Positions 35,301 through 50,300 of a DNA stretch of 64,000 nt are shown piece by piece (the first letter of the stretch is position 1; the number at the start of each line of letters is the position of its first letter). Source of the stretch: Narcine bancroftii. Taxonomy: Eukaryota. The translations under genes were made by a program, and so were the position numbers. The stretch is from contig NC_091478.1 in NCBI RefSeq assembly GCF_036971445.1, positions 95,728,001 through 95,792,000 on the forward strand, given 5' to 3'. The notes under the pieces were generated by a model, which was not told the origin of the DNA, did not search any database, and saw nothing but the letters and a program-made list of their open reading frames with translations.

Positions 35301-38300
35301 GCCTTATTTATGCTCTGTGAATCCAGAAGAAGATTTCTCAGAATCTAATTTGTATTTAAATACTCACTGGGCAGCAAACGATGCTGAATATTGACAAAGA
35401 AACTATATTAGGATAAAGCTACAGAGCATTTACAGTGCAAGCATGCCATTTGGCCCATCTGCTCTCTGTTGAGACTCTTTTGCACCAGTTTCCTCCTGCC
35501 TCTTGATTTCCTCCTCACTGTTGCATCCCTTTTCGCATGTGTTTATTCAATACTCAACATGCGGTGCACAAGACAAAAGTAAAATATAGCAAATGCTGAA
35601 AATCTGAGATTAAAAACAAAAAAACACTGGAAATACTCAGCAGACCAGCCAGCACCCATGGAATAAAAATAGATCAGTGAACTTTGAACAGAATTGGACC
35701 AACAAAATTCTGACGAGGGGTCTTCAACCTGAAATTTTAACTTAGTGGTTCTCAACCTTTTTCTTTCCACTCACATATCTCTTTAAGTATTCCCTATGCC
35801 ATTGGTGCTCTGTGATTAGTGAGGGATTACTTAAGATGGTATGTGAGTGGAAAGAAAAAGTTTGAAAACCACTGTTTTAATCGTACCTCATTGACTCGTT
35901 ATGTGCACAGTTTCATAACTCTAAAGGAAATGGCCCAATGACAATTTTTCTCAAGCAAAATATTTCAGTAACAATTGAGTCTGGAGCAGAGATTCTCATC
36001 CTTTCCTTCCAACTCACATCCCACCTTAAGTAATCCTTTTGCATAGGGATTACTTAAAGTGGGATGTGAGTGGAAAGAAAAAGGTTGAGAACCACCCCAC
36101 AGATGCTATCTGATATATGGAATGTTTCCAGCAATTTCAGTTTTAATTTCAGATTTTCAACATCTGCAGTTGTTTATCTCATTCTTCTCTTCAGTCTCCT
36201 TGCCAATGTTTGTCAGCCTGGACCTGCAGTTACAGATCCTCTGTCAGTGACACCATGCTCTGCTTGCCTATCCTTTCACTATTGCAAGGATAACGATCCC
36301 AGTTTAAGGTAGTAAAGTTTACCACAGGGTCTAGGTCAGTTGGGGAGGTGGGCCAAGGAGTGGCGAATGGATTTTAGCTCTGACAAGTGTGAAATGTGGC
36401 ACTTTGGTAAGTCAAAGCAGGGCAAGAGTTCCATGGTAAATGGCAGGGATCTGGAGAGTGTTGTACAACAGAGAAACCCCAGGGCCAATGCCAAGGGTGG
36501 ACATTCGCGGGCATTGCCCACCCCCTCTCCCGTTCGTGGCCATTGCCCCCCAACTGAGGTATTGTGAATCCCCACGTTCTGCACTAGCGTCACTGTGTCC
36601 CTTGTCTCCACGCGATATAAGCAGTGCATTTGTCTGTTACATCGGAGGGAGGGGGAAGTGTGATGGCGGCAGCACACGGAGGAGGTTCATGGTAGGTAGG
36701 TAGGCACCACCACCCACACCCACTGAGCAATTTTTCAAACATCAGATTACGCCCCCTGTGGTTACCCTAATGCCCCCTGATTGGACTTGTTCTGACGCTG
36801 ACCCTGGAGAGATCCAGGGGTACAGGCATATCGTTCCCCGAACGTGATGACTCAGGTGGTCATGGTGGTGAAGAAGGTGTTTAACATGCTGGCCTTTATT
36901 GAACAGGGTATGGGGAAATCGTGATTCAGCTGAACAAGGTGAGCCCACATAGTGCAGTTCTAGTTGCCCAGCTAGGAACGACATCAATAACTTGAAGGGA
37001 GTGCAGAGGAGATTCACCATGATGTGGCCAGGACTGCAGGGGTTAAGTTATAAGGAGAGGCTGTGTCTTTATCCCCCAGAGTATCCGAGGCTGAGGGGTG
37101 ATCTTATAGAAGGTTACAAAATCCTGAGGAGCATGGATTAAAGTGAATGCTCATTGTTTGTTTCAAAAACGTGAGGGTGTGGGATTAAAATGAGAGGGGA
37201 GAGATTTAAGAGGGACCTGAGGAGTAACCTTTTCACTCAGAGGGTGGTCCATATCTGTAACAAAGTGCCAGAGGAAACATGTCCAAACATTCAAGAGACA
37301 TTTGGACAGATTTATGGATGGAAAGGGTTTAAAGGGATATGGGCTGAATGTAGGCAAATGAGACTGGCATGGAATGCCATCTTTGTCAGCATAGATGAGA
37401 TGGGCCGAAAGACCTATACTTTGCTGTATAACCCTTTTGTCCCATTTACCTGTGTTTGGACAATATCAATATAACCTACCCTATCCATGCAGTTGTCCAA
37501 AAGTCTTCTCAATGTTGTATCTATCCCCACCTCTACCTCTCCCTCTGGCAGCTCATTCCACAGCCCCATCACCCTCCATGTGAAGACGTTTCCCCTCAGG
37601 TTCCCTTTTAAATCAGTTGCCTCTCATCTTAAATCCACACCCTCCAGTTTTAGTCTCCTCTGCTCTGGGAAAAAGACGATGACTTTATCCTTACCCTTCC
37701 TGATTTTATAAACCTCCATGAGGTCTCCCCTCAGCCTCTTATGCTGAAGGGAGAAAGGTCCCAACCTCTCCTTATATCTCAAGTCCTCCTGTCCTGGCAA
37801 CATCCTCATGAATCTTTCCTGCACCCTTTCAGATTGATATCCTTTCTAAGTGTGGCCTCACCAACAGTTGTTTACATGATGTCCCAACACTTGAAGTCAG
37901 TGCCCTGACTGATGAAGGCAAGTTTGCCATATGCCTTCTTCACCATCCTGTCTACCTGTGTGGCCACTTACAAGGAACTATGTACCTGAACCCTGAGATC
38001 TCTCTGTTCTACAACACTTGCCAGAGCCCTGCCATTTACTGTGTAGCACCAGCCCCGAGTTAACCTCACACTTTTCTGAGTTCATTTCCATCTGCCATTC
38101 CTTGGCTCACCTTCCCAATTCATCTTGATGGTCCACAGAGCTGACCCTCCCTGTCACACCTTGACCTAGTCCCTTTTGTACATTTTCTAGAGGTCACTAT
38201 GGAGACTAGAAGTGACCACAAAGGCATTTTCCAGTGTCTACAGACTGAAAAAGGTTTAATTTAATTTTTAAATTTGAAATTTAGAGATGCAGCAATGGTA

Positions 38301-41300
38301 ATAGGCCCTTCCAACCCATGCTGTCCAAATTCCCCCCATGTGACTAATTAGCCTACTAACCCTGTGTGTCTGGAATATGGGAGGAAACCAGAGTGCCAAA
38401 AGGAAACCATTATGGACATGGAGAGAATGTACAAACTCCTTACAAACTGCGGTGGATTCGAACCGGGGTCGCTGGAGTTGTGCTATTGCTACACCAACCA
38501 TGCCATCAATTATCTACCTATTGGTTATGTCGTTTTAGCAGAACTCCCTTAGGTTCATACTCTGGTAACAAGGGTTAAGAAATAATGATTAATGCATTTG
38601 TCTCTGAACAGGTAGCTTTTCTGCTCACTGCACTCAGTGTCCTATCTGCAGCCAAGTCTGTCCTGGTACCAGAGAATTACGATGGCCAGTTCCCTTGGTT
38701 CCTGACAAAGGTGAGAGTTCTTCACCACCGAGCAGCGTTGAGGACGTGAGCAGCCTCCGAGGTCCAGCCTTCAGATGACTCCCTGTTCTGCTGACTGGGC
38801 AGCACAGTGGTGTAGAACCTCTGCCTCACCATCTCACAGTCTGAGTTCAATCCTCACCTCCAGTGCTCCCTGTCTGGAGTCTGCATGTTCTTCCATAATG
38901 TCACAGAGTCACAAAGTTATACAACACAGAAACAGGGCTGGGTTATCCCCATTGTCTTCATTTGGCTAAACATTACCTATCCAGGTATCTGAAACAAAGA
39001 TATTTTAGCACATAGAACATTCCAGCACAGTACAGGCCCTTTGGCCCACAATGTTGTGCCGACCTATGTACCCTACACCTCAACAATCTAACTCTCTATT
39101 TTTCGTACATTCATGTGCCTAAGAGTCTTTTAAATGCCCCTATTGTACCAGCCTCCACCACCACCCCCTGGCAATGCATTCCAGGCACCCACCACTCTCT
39201 GTGTAAAAACATTTACCTCTGACATCTCCCCTAAACTTTACACCACTCACTTTATTTTAAAAGTTAAATTCTCCCTGTCTCTGTCACCTCCTCTGGCAGC
39301 TCATCCATTGACTCACCATGTCTGGAATGGACATGTGGCAGGAGAAACCCACAGCCACATTGGGCAATTCCATCACACTTGGTTGCAGGATTCAAAGTTC
39401 CATATAGCATTGGTTCTTTTTTCATTCATTCTTTTAAAATGGTAATATCACCGTTCATCTCTTTGTCTGGGTGAACATATTCTTCCACAAGAGTGATCGT
39501 TCCTTTCCTGTTTCTGACTCCCACCCAGGAGACAATTCCACCCCCCTTTCAGAGTCCTCCCTTTCTGCAGCTATCCTTGAGTAGCAATGCCACTCCCCCC
39601 TTCTTTCACCTCCCTCCCTATCCCTTTTGAAACACTGAACCCTGGATCATCAAGCAGTCAATCCCACCCTTGTGACAGTCAAGTCTCTGTGATATCCACA
39701 ACATTAGGCTTCCAAGCTCTGGAGAGGAAACCATTGACTTCCCCCATCCTGTACATGTGTGGGTTGGTAAGTTAATTGGCCATTGTAAATTGATCATTCT
39801 TGTGTATGTGGGTGCTAGAAGCTAGAGGGAGTTAATTGGAATGTGGGGAGATTAAAATGAGATTAATATAGGAGTAATGTAAATGGGGAGGGGGTTTGAA
39901 GGTCAGCATGATTTCAATGGGCCGAAGGGCCTTTTTCTGTGCTGTATAATTCTAAGATTCTATGACTGTGGATATTGAAGGTTCCTTGGTTAGTAGCTCA
40001 GCTGTGTTTTGTGGTCAACATTTGTCATGCAGCTGTTGTTACCTGTTCATTATCAGTGGTGTTGGGGACCCATGGAGCATAGATTGGCTGACGAGATTCC
40101 TTCAGTCCACTGTTGGACTTCAGACTCATTTCTGGGCTGACAGAAGTTCGGAAATGATGGGGAAAGATGGGTGTTGGGTGTGTTCTCTGCCAGCACTGAG
40201 GGTCCAGGACCAGAGGACCCTCTGTGGAGAGGGGATGGTTATTGGGTCCCTTGGTTTCATTGGGGAAATGGAGATGGATGAAACAGGCAGAGAGAAGGGG
40301 AAGGGAAAGACAGTAACCAAGCCTTTCAGTTTGCAATGTGCCTTTATAATTTCAGATTGAGGCCAATGCCACTGGAGAATTTGGATTCAGGCTGGTTGAT
40401 GATTACAATGGGACCTTTGGGATTGAAAGCCAAATGTTCCTATTCTCTCTCAGGTCTTTTGATCGGGAAGAACAGGACACTTATGAGCTGAAGGTACGTG
40501 GCTGGAGGCTGGAACTCAACATAATGGATACTTGCTCCTGCCTGCGTCCCTCTCTCTTTGCTTCAACAGAGAAGGACCACTCTGCTGGGAAAGTCAGCTC
40601 CAGATTGGTTTCCTTGGCATAACCCACTTTCCCTCAGCTCCCCCAACTTTCTCCACTGTTCCTCTGACCCAGACAACAGACAATGAGGTATCTGGGAGGA
40701 TGTCACATGGTCGTCATTGAAGGGTAAACCAAGCAAGGTTTCCCTCCCAGTGCATCAGAGCAGATGAGCCTTGTTTGGTGTTACCGCCTGTACAAAGAGG
40801 CTTATGCCATCAGCAGGGATACAGGTGATAGCTGTTGGAATAAAATTAAGTTCTTAAACATGGAAGTGCTGGGGTTCAGTCTTCTCCTGAACAGAGCAAT
40901 GTGAAGGGGCAGTGAAGAGATGGGGGTTCTTTATGATGGTGGCTGCCTTTTTGAGTCTGCAATGGATTGGAGGTCAGAGCCTGTGATGGACCTGACTATG
41001 TTTGCTACCAGCCGCAGCCTTCACATTCCTGGACACTCAAATCCCCAAACCAGGCTGGGATGCAACCAATCAGTGTTCATGTAGAAGTTTGATAGAGTAT
41101 TGGACAACATACCAAATCTCCTCAGACTATTTAGAAAGCAAATGCATTGGAAGAATTCAGTTTCTAAGTCCTCAGCAAATGAAGCAGCCCTGCTTGCTCA
41201 CTACAAGGCCCAGTCAATTCTCAAGCACGTACTGAAATGTGGCAAGGAATATTCGTGCCACAAAATGGTACGAACAGGAGACAATCAACATTCAATGGAA

Positions 41301-44300
41301 TTGCCTTTCGCTGACTCAGAATCCCACTATCGAAATCCCAGGAATAACCCTTGACCTGAAAGTCCACTGGACCAGTCGTGTAAATGTTGCAGGTCAGATG
41401 TGGGGGAATAGTGAGGCATGACTCTCCTCCTGGCATTCCAAAGCCTGTCCACTATTGATAAGGCACAGGCCAGGAGTAGGATGGAACACCCTACACTTGC
41501 CTGGATTGCGTAGCTCCAGCCACACTCAAGAACCTCAGCAGCACCCAGGACAAAGCATCCGCTCAGGTGGCACCACCCACGAACCCTCTCCCCCCACCTC
41601 CCTCTCTCCACCACAGACTCACAATTGCTGTTCATCTTCTACTCATCTGAGAACTATTGGTACCATGTAACCGAGTTCTATCTGTTGCATGGTCGGGTGG
41701 TCGGCGACTTGGCCACACACCTTTGTCGTCAATGACCCAGTTCCATGAATGATTAAATGAAAATGATATAGAGAACCTGCAACAGAGAGAGAGGGAGAAA
41801 TGCAGGCAGACATAGATGCCTCCTAAGAAAGACTTGTCAGGCTGAATGGCCTCTTTTGATTCCAATAATTTGAACCTGGTGCATCTATGTGCAGGTTGGC
41901 CAAGCCCTGAAAGGGACATGTTTTGTTTCAAGCCATAACCTAGTGAACCCGGTCAACCTTGGCCCAGACCAGCTTGTCCCAGTGAACATTGGCCTGATCT
42001 AATCTTGGCCTGGTCCATTCTTGGTCTGGTCCTACCTTGGCCCAATCAACAGCCCAATCAACCTTGGCTCAGTCAACTTTGGCTCAGTCAATCTTGGCCT
42101 GCTGCAATTTTGGCCTGGTCCAAACCTGGCCTGGGCCAACTCTCAGCTTGCATAAGTTGGGCCCACCTTAACCAGTCATGGACATTCGCTCCTACTTTGT
42201 GACCCTGAACCTCCTGATTTTCAGTCTGTTGTCTATGCAGAGGCACCATGGAATGATTCAATGCAGGAGGCTATTCATTTATTATGCCTAAACTGGCCCT
42301 TTACATAAAAACCCAATCTCTTTACCCTTCTCTCTAAAAGATTATTTGATACAGACAATTTACTAATTACCTTCTGACTATCACTCCTGCATTTTCCAAC
42401 ATCCCTGCCACCTGCCTGATTATGATTTACCAGATGAAATCATGCCTCTCCATCCTCCTCCAACCTTAGTGTCTGGAGCACTGAGCCCTGAGGTTGTGAA
42501 TGGTCCCTGATTAACGAATGCTGATTTGCCTCCCCATTGCAGATTAACGTTGAGGACCCTGAGGGGAGACAGGTGGATGGTCCTCTTTCTGTTACCCTCA
42601 TTGTTACTGATATGAACGACAATGCTCCAGAGTTTGAACAGGACCCATTTTCAGGCACAGTGTACAAGGGTGCACATGCAGGTAATTAAAGGCAATGAGC
42701 CAATCAGATTCCATCGGTTGGCTTAAGGCTCTGCATTTTATTGTGTTCATGTGCAATTCTGTCTTTGTTCTTTCAGCTTCTGATCGTAGCTGTGGTCTCA
42801 CCCTACCAGAGATATCCCCCCTGTACCATCATTCATTACCCCTCCCTCCCTGTAGCCTCTGGTTCTTTTTTCTCTATCCCAGTTCCAGCAAAGGGTCTTC
42901 GAGCTGAAACGTTAACTCTTCTCTCTCCCTAGATGTCGCCTGATTTTCTGTTTTGTTTTCCGATTTACAGGATCGGCAGGTTTTTAAGATTGTCATTCAA
43001 TGGCACTAAGGTCAACACTTAGCTGATGATTGACAGAGTGACTGGGTGCTAATTGGTCCTGTTGGGTCTGTACTCCTTCGTGTCAGCACATGGAACACCT
43101 GGCCAATATTTCATATTGTGATAATGATGTGGAGTTTATTGCCATACACAGTGTACAGATGCAACAAAATTCCTACTTGCTGTAGCTGAACAGGTGCTTT
43201 TGTGAAAGAAGTACAACTACAATAAAATACATTACACCAGTACATACAGAGATAATAAATATAAAAGATAATTGATAATTATTCACAGTTACAGTTAGTG
43301 CAAAGAAGCTAAGTGGTATTACTTTATGGTTAGGGGTAGGGTAGTACGGGGAGAATGAACAGTCTGCAGATGCTGTTTGTAATGCCCAAATGTGCTGGAG
43401 AAACTCAGCAGGTCACCCAGCATCCAGGGGAAGTAAAGGGTAACCAACGTTTCAGACCAGAGACCTTCATTAATCGAAAACAGGTGGATGCCTGAATAAA
43501 AAGGTAGGGGAGGGAGAAAGGGATAGGGGAGGAGCAAAGGCTAACAAGTAAGAGGTGGATACAAGTGGGAGAGTAGAAGAGAAAGAAGCTGAGAAGTAAA
43601 GGGGGTGAGGGCGGATGGTAGCTCTCTGAAAGGAGTAGGGGGTGGGGAGCTGGAGGAAAGGAGACAGAGGGGTTGGGAAAGAGAGAGTGATTAGGAGAGG
43701 GAATTCTTGAAAATTGGAAGTCTCAAGATCTGAGATTGGCCTCTCCAATTTGCTTCCTTAGAAACCACGACTCTCAGTCTTGGCTGTTGAACGTGGCCCA
43801 TCTATTACTATTTATGGGAGCTTGTTGTGCTCTCATTGACTGCTGGCTTTCCTGCATTATGAAAGTGACTACACATCCTGTCAGGGTGCATCAGTACATG
43901 GGATGGGAACTGCTCTGCCTGAGGCAGCAAGAAACTGCAGAGGGTAATGATCNNNNNNNNNNNNNNNNNNNNNNNNNNNNNNNNNNNNNNNNNNNNNNNN
44001 NNNNNNNNNNNNNNNNNNNNNNNNNNNNNNNNNNNNNNNNNNNNNNNNNNNNNNNNNNNNNNNNNNNNNNNNNNNNNNNNNNNNNNNNNNNNNNNNNNNN
44101 NNNNNNNTGGTTAACAATAAGACATCATGGTATCCGTGTGAAGCTCAGTTATTGCTGATTTGCACTAGCTGATGTGTGATGTTGATTTACAACCACATCC
44201 CACAGTCTCCTCCATTCCTGGTCAAACGCTTTCAATGTTTATGTACAGAAACAAATATTTTGAATCCTTTGAGAACGAAGTGTCTACTGAGGGATTGAAT

Positions 44301-47300
44301 CATCACACATCGAAGCCTCGAGCCCGTGTAGACCGAGGAAACACCGTTACCTCATATTTCCTCCTGACACTGAGTGAGACCATTTGCTCATTGAGTCTCT
44401 GCCAACTCCCAGTTACTAAGGTAAACAAGACACTGGAAAGCTAAAGCAACACAAAGTGCTGAAGGAACTCAGTGGGTCGCATGGCCTCTGTGGAAGGTGT
44501 TTTGGCCCGAAATGTCAACTGTCCATTGGCTTCCAGGGACGCTGCCTGACCCACTGAGTTCCTGCAGCATTGTGCATTGCTCAGAGTTACTGATCGTTTT
44601 AACTACTTGGCATTAAACTCATATTAATCCTATCCCCCCACAAATCCTCCTGTGGCCTCCGCTCTCCTTCCTTCCCATCCCACCTGCACACCAGTGGACA
44701 CCACTGACCTGCCCGTCTCTGTGAGGTAGGAGAAACCAAATTTCTCACAGTCACAGGAAGTACATACAGTCCTGACTGTTGTCACTTACTACCCTTGGTA
44801 TGCGTTGAGGGGAAGAATCTGGGTGAGAGGATGGGAATATGGAGAATAAAATGCAATCAATGTAGGATTAGTATGAAAGGGTGGTTGATATTCATTACAG
44901 ACTCAAGGGCTGAATGGCATGTCCCTGTGTCCTGTAATGGGGAAGGATTAATAATGACTCTGAATCATGGAGTTGATGACGTGGGAGAAGGCCATTTGTT
45001 CCTTGTTGTCATGTAGCTTTCAGGCCTTAGACAAAGCTTTAGGTGACAGCCTCCCAAACATTCATCCAGGTACACGTGTAAACATGGTGAGGGTTTCTAC
45101 CTTTTCTAGCCTTCCGAACAATGAGTTCTAAACCCTGCCAGCCCTTCTCAACAACCCACTCCTCTGTCTGCCAACAGGGTACATGACACCATGAGTTAAA
45201 CAGAAAAGTCTGTAGACGGTGGGATTGTAGTGCATACACCAATGTGCTGGAGAAATTTAATAGGTCACACAGTTTCCACAGGAGGTAAAGGGTAGCCAAC
45301 ATTTTGGACCTTTGCAAAAAGTAGACAGGTGCCTAAAGAAAAAGGTGAGGAGAGGAGAGAAGAGGAGGCAGGAAGGGGCAGAGTGAAGAGCACAGGCCAA
45401 TCGGTAAGAGGTCATCAGTGGCTTCAGGTGGGAGGGTAAAAGAGAAATAGCTGAGAAGTGATAGGGGGAGGGGGTATCTCTCTTAATGGAGAGTTAAGGG
45501 AAGGGCTGGGGAGCTGGAGGAATTAAGTCAGAGGGATGGGGAAAGAGGAAGATTTGGGGGAGGGATTTAATGGCAGCTGGCAAACCAGCGTCAGCGCCAG
45601 AACGAATGTTAGAGGGGGGCACTGTGAGATGATCATAAACTCACTAGGGGGGGCAGGAGGAGGAGGGATGGGGGCAGGTCTGATACGGGTGATGACCACG
45701 ACAGTATGGGGGGCACAGCACCTCGCTTAGGGGGTGCAATGCCCATGGGTGCCCCCTTTGGTATTGACTTTGTGGCAAACTGAGGCCACTTACAAATTGG
45801 AGGAACAGCATCTAATATTCCATCTGGGCTCTCTCCAACCAGATGGCATGAAGGACTGTTAAACAGCAGACATGGAATTAAATAGAAGCATGGCTGGTGA
45901 AGGGGGTGAGTGGGTAGCTGTTCGAATGGGAGGTCATCCACTTGAAACATTGAATGGTTCTCTCTCCGCAGATGCTGCCTGACCTGCTGAGGGTTTCCAG
46001 CTTTTTCTGTTTTTGTTTCAGGTTTCCAGCATCTGCAGGTTGTCAGAATGGTCTGGTTCTGGGAGGGGGGTACAGAGCGGGGTGGGCAAATTGTTGGGGT
46101 GAATAGCCTATTCTCTGCTGTGATCTCATGCTGTTTCTTACTGTAGGATACAGAATCCTGAAACTTGCTGCCATTGACCTGGATGACCCCTTGACCCCCA
46201 ACGCTAAGTTATTCTATCAAATCATCTCACAACATCCAGAACAACCCTCTGACATGTTCCAGGTTAATGAGCTGACTGGTGACATCACCCTAACTGCAGA
46301 AGGTAAGGTCATTCAATCTCTTCCTTCAATGTCCCTTCTGTGGCAGTGCAGAGAAAGCCTATTCCAGGAAGCACCATCGCCAGCTCTGAACCACCATTTG
46401 TGCTCCTTGGAGGGTCCCCCAGAACCTGTGAACCCACAGGAGATTCTGTGGGGAACCTGAGTTCTTGGCTCAGAGCCCTTCCTGAGTCAGCATAGGGCAG
46501 GGACAGTGAAGCCCAATGCCTCTGGTACTCTGGACAGGAGGACCCAATCTTCAATGATCCATTCCTCAGCTCTCCAGGACCATGTCCAATCTACCAATGC
46601 TCTAATACCATTGGCCAATCCCTAATACTCTAACACCATTGATCCATCCACCAATACCCCAAGACCATGTTTAATCTTCTAATGTTCTAATCCCTTTGGC
46701 CAATCCCTCCAATTACAGATTTCTGATTTATTGTCGGAGTACATACATGACATCACATACAACCCTGAGATGCTTTTTCCTGCGGGCGAGACAGAATTAC
46801 CACAATTTGTAGTGCAAAAAAAAACTGCACCATGTACACATGTAAACAAATAAAGAACTGTAAACAGGTAACAAAATGTAAAAAAACTGACTGTGCTTAC
46901 ATATTGCTCAATTTTATTTTGAAGAACCTTTTTGAAATGTCCTCCATTCCTCCCTAGCTCTTATGCTGAAGCTCAGGCTTCTTGTGCATCAACTCTCTCC
47001 CTGAAGTGTCTAACTATTTGAGTCTCAAGCAATTGCCTGGGGCATTCATCCAGATGTTCATTGAGGAGCTCCCTAATGACCTATTCTCTTAATTTGCTCT
47101 CCGCAGAGAGCTGGATGAATTGGTGCTGAATGAGTTGTGCAGAGTTGGCCCCCACAGTCTACACCCAGCGGAAGTCACAGCTGTTCACCTCCAATGACCA
47201 AAGGCAAACTTAGAGCAACAGCTCCACGATGTGACCTTATCACATTGGAAGAACTGTTGGAAGGAGGAACCAAGGGGGTATCGCGGCTCCTCCTCCCTCA

Positions 47301-50300
47301 CAGACCTCTTCTCCTCCATTTAATTTCTGCATCCAGCTCATCCTGATGAGAATGAAGTATAAGACAGGGAATAAGCAAAGACTGATTGCTCTTGCACTGA
47401 ATGGCCACTCTTTGAATTGTGTACTCTAGATTCAAAGAACCAATCTTGTCACTTGCTGGGTCCAGTTTCAATCCCACTACTACTCCTTGAAGCTTTATGA
47501 AGTACCATTCGCCAGCTGTGACCATTACGGGGATGATGCTCTCTCGACATGGGCTTCAGTCATGTCTGGATGTGGTTACTGGACTCAAGAAAGTTCAGGA
47601 CCTGGCTGTTAGTGAGCCTTACACTCTACAATCCATCTCCCCATACCCCACCTCAATGTCCATAGAACCGTAGAACACTACAGCACAGAAACAGGCCCTT
47701 GACCCATCTAGTCCTCACTGAACTATTATTTTGCCTCGTCCCATTGACCTGCACCTGGTCCATATCCCTCCCTACCTATCCAAATTTTACCAAGCCTGTC
47801 AGTGAAAGCCAAGCATTCTTAGAAATGTCAGCATATACTGGAAATTGTACCTCCCTCGAGCCCAGGCTGATAGTTGTCCTCACAAACAGGCTAGTTCTAT
47901 GCTCCCAAGAGAGGAGCTTGAAAGGCATTCTTGTTAATAAGGTAGACAGAAAGATGAGGTTTCCCCTGGCTGGGATGTTTAGACCCAGGATAGTCACACA
48001 CAACAAGAGCTTATCCATTTGGGGCTGGGGTAGGAAAGGTTTGGGGCTCATGGAGTGTGATCAGTGCAGAGATCAGTAGATATTGACTGAGGAGGGAAAT
48101 GGATTGTAGAGGGTAAGGATCACTAACAGCCCAGGACCCAGCCTGAACTATCTTGTCCAGTAACCACATCCAGACATCCCAGAATTCAGTGCAGGAGAGG
48201 AGTGGTGAGGTAAAAATTCAGCTATGATCCCGTCGAATGACGGAGCAGGCATGGGGGGATGAATGGCCCCCTGCTTCTATTTCTTGTTCCAATAAGGCTT
48301 CTCTCAGCTGAATCCATACTCACCCATCCTATCCCCATATCTCTCTCTTCCTTCTCACTGCCTTAATCAAAATTCCCTCTGAACTGAGTGAATAGAAGGA
48401 ACCAAAGCAGGCCATTCAGCCACAAATCCAGCCTGAGCTAAATTGTTCTCACATCTAGTTCCAAGTTCTGGTCTTTTCCCCATGTCCCTTGATACGCTGA
48501 CTAATTAGATACCTCTCAATCTCCCCCAATAATCCAGCCTCCACAGCTGTACGTGGCAACGAATTCCACAAATCCACAACCCTCTGGTGAAAGAAATCTC
48601 TCCTAATCTCTGTTTTAAATGGGAACCTTCTAACTCTAAGACTGTGCCCTCTTGCCCTGGATTCACCCACCAAGGGAACCACTTGTGAAAGGTCTCAGTG
48701 GTCAGGCAGCGACAAGGTTAAAGACATGGTTAATGCCCACCTCCATCCTTGGATGACCATCTTTACTCACTGCATTCTTCCAGCAGCTCATTGTTTGCTC
48801 AAGATTCCAACATCTGCAGATGCCAACAGGAAAGGCTATGATGAAGGGTTCTGGCCCAAAATGTTGACTGTCAATTGCCCTTCACGCCTGTCCTGCTGAG
48901 TTCCTCCAGCAATTTGTGTGCATTTCCAGTTGCAGTTTTGAACTTCCCATTCTCCCGACTCTCTGGGAAAGGTCACTCCTAATTTGATAATGATAACGAG
49001 TTTATTGTCATGCACGTTGTACAATGTACATTTGCACCAAAATTCAGCTGCAGCTGAACAGGCATTTTGTAAAACAAAATGACAAAACAGCAACAACAAT
49101 GGTATCCTTAATTGAATGGAAAAGAGACAATAAATACAAAACTATAGATAATAAATATTCGCAGTTATCCCTAGTGCAGAAAGAGTGACAGCTTTTGTGG
49201 TGTCAGAGGAATCCATGATTCGTGGAAGAAGGGGACATTTAAGAGCTCAATAACAGTTGGAAAGAAACTGTTTTTGAACCTCAGGGTGCCGGTCTTCAGA
49301 GACTGTGTTGCGCTGTGTTGCTTCCCCTTGCTCTGACATCTATCTGTGGCAAGGTTTCTTTGTCAGCTTCCCCAGCACCAACTCCCAATCCCCCACCTCT
49401 GTTTTCTCTTTTGGTTTGTTGAGGAGACACTGTGATGAAACCATCACGGCAGATCACTCTCCGTTGCTGCAATTCACTCTCTCCTCAAGAAAACTCCTGG
49501 ACATCCCGACCACAGCCAGAGCTGAGGCTTTTTTGAGGGAGAGTGCACAGCTCCTGATCCGGGCAGCAGTGCAACGTGACAATAACACCAGCCCCGCAGA
49601 GACCGGCTGCTTCACACCAGGAAGCTTGCTCATATCTCTGTGACATGCACACAGGAGATGACTCTATTCTCCCTGCCTTTTGGTCTTCAAATGTTGTTTA
49701 TTCATTGTGACTCCTTAATCAAATTTTACCAGGGGAGATTGTTGGTGACGTTAGTTCTAAGAACAAGAGCAAGCTGTCATCGTGCTGTCAAGGGAAGGGG
49801 GTGGGAAGTGACATTTGACATGTTCTGTTCTAGTAAAGAGATGGAGGTTGGAATCTGTGAGTCTATTTCATAAAGGACACATCGTTTTGCATTCTGTTTC
49901 AGCTGCTTTCTGGAAGTGATTCAGTCAAGGATCGTTTGATGAACACACCACTCACTGTACCTGAAAATCACTCCTACTTCCTGTAAAATCTGCTAGTATT
50001 GCTGAGGATAGTGAGTTTATTGTCATGGCAACAGATGCACCAAACTTTTAACATAAAATAAATTAATTTAATAGTATACCAGACGTAAAGGGATAATGAA
50101 CAGGATATATAAGAAATATTCAGTTACAGTAGCACCGGCGCTGACAGAGTGGTGTTGGAGCAGACCCTGATTAGTGTAACAAGGGGACGTTCAAGACCTT
50201 GATAGTTGGGGGGGGGGGGAAACTGTTTTTGAACCAGGAGGTGCTGGCCTTTGGGTTTCTGCACCTTTTGCCTGAAAGTACCAGTGTGAAGAGGCTGTGA

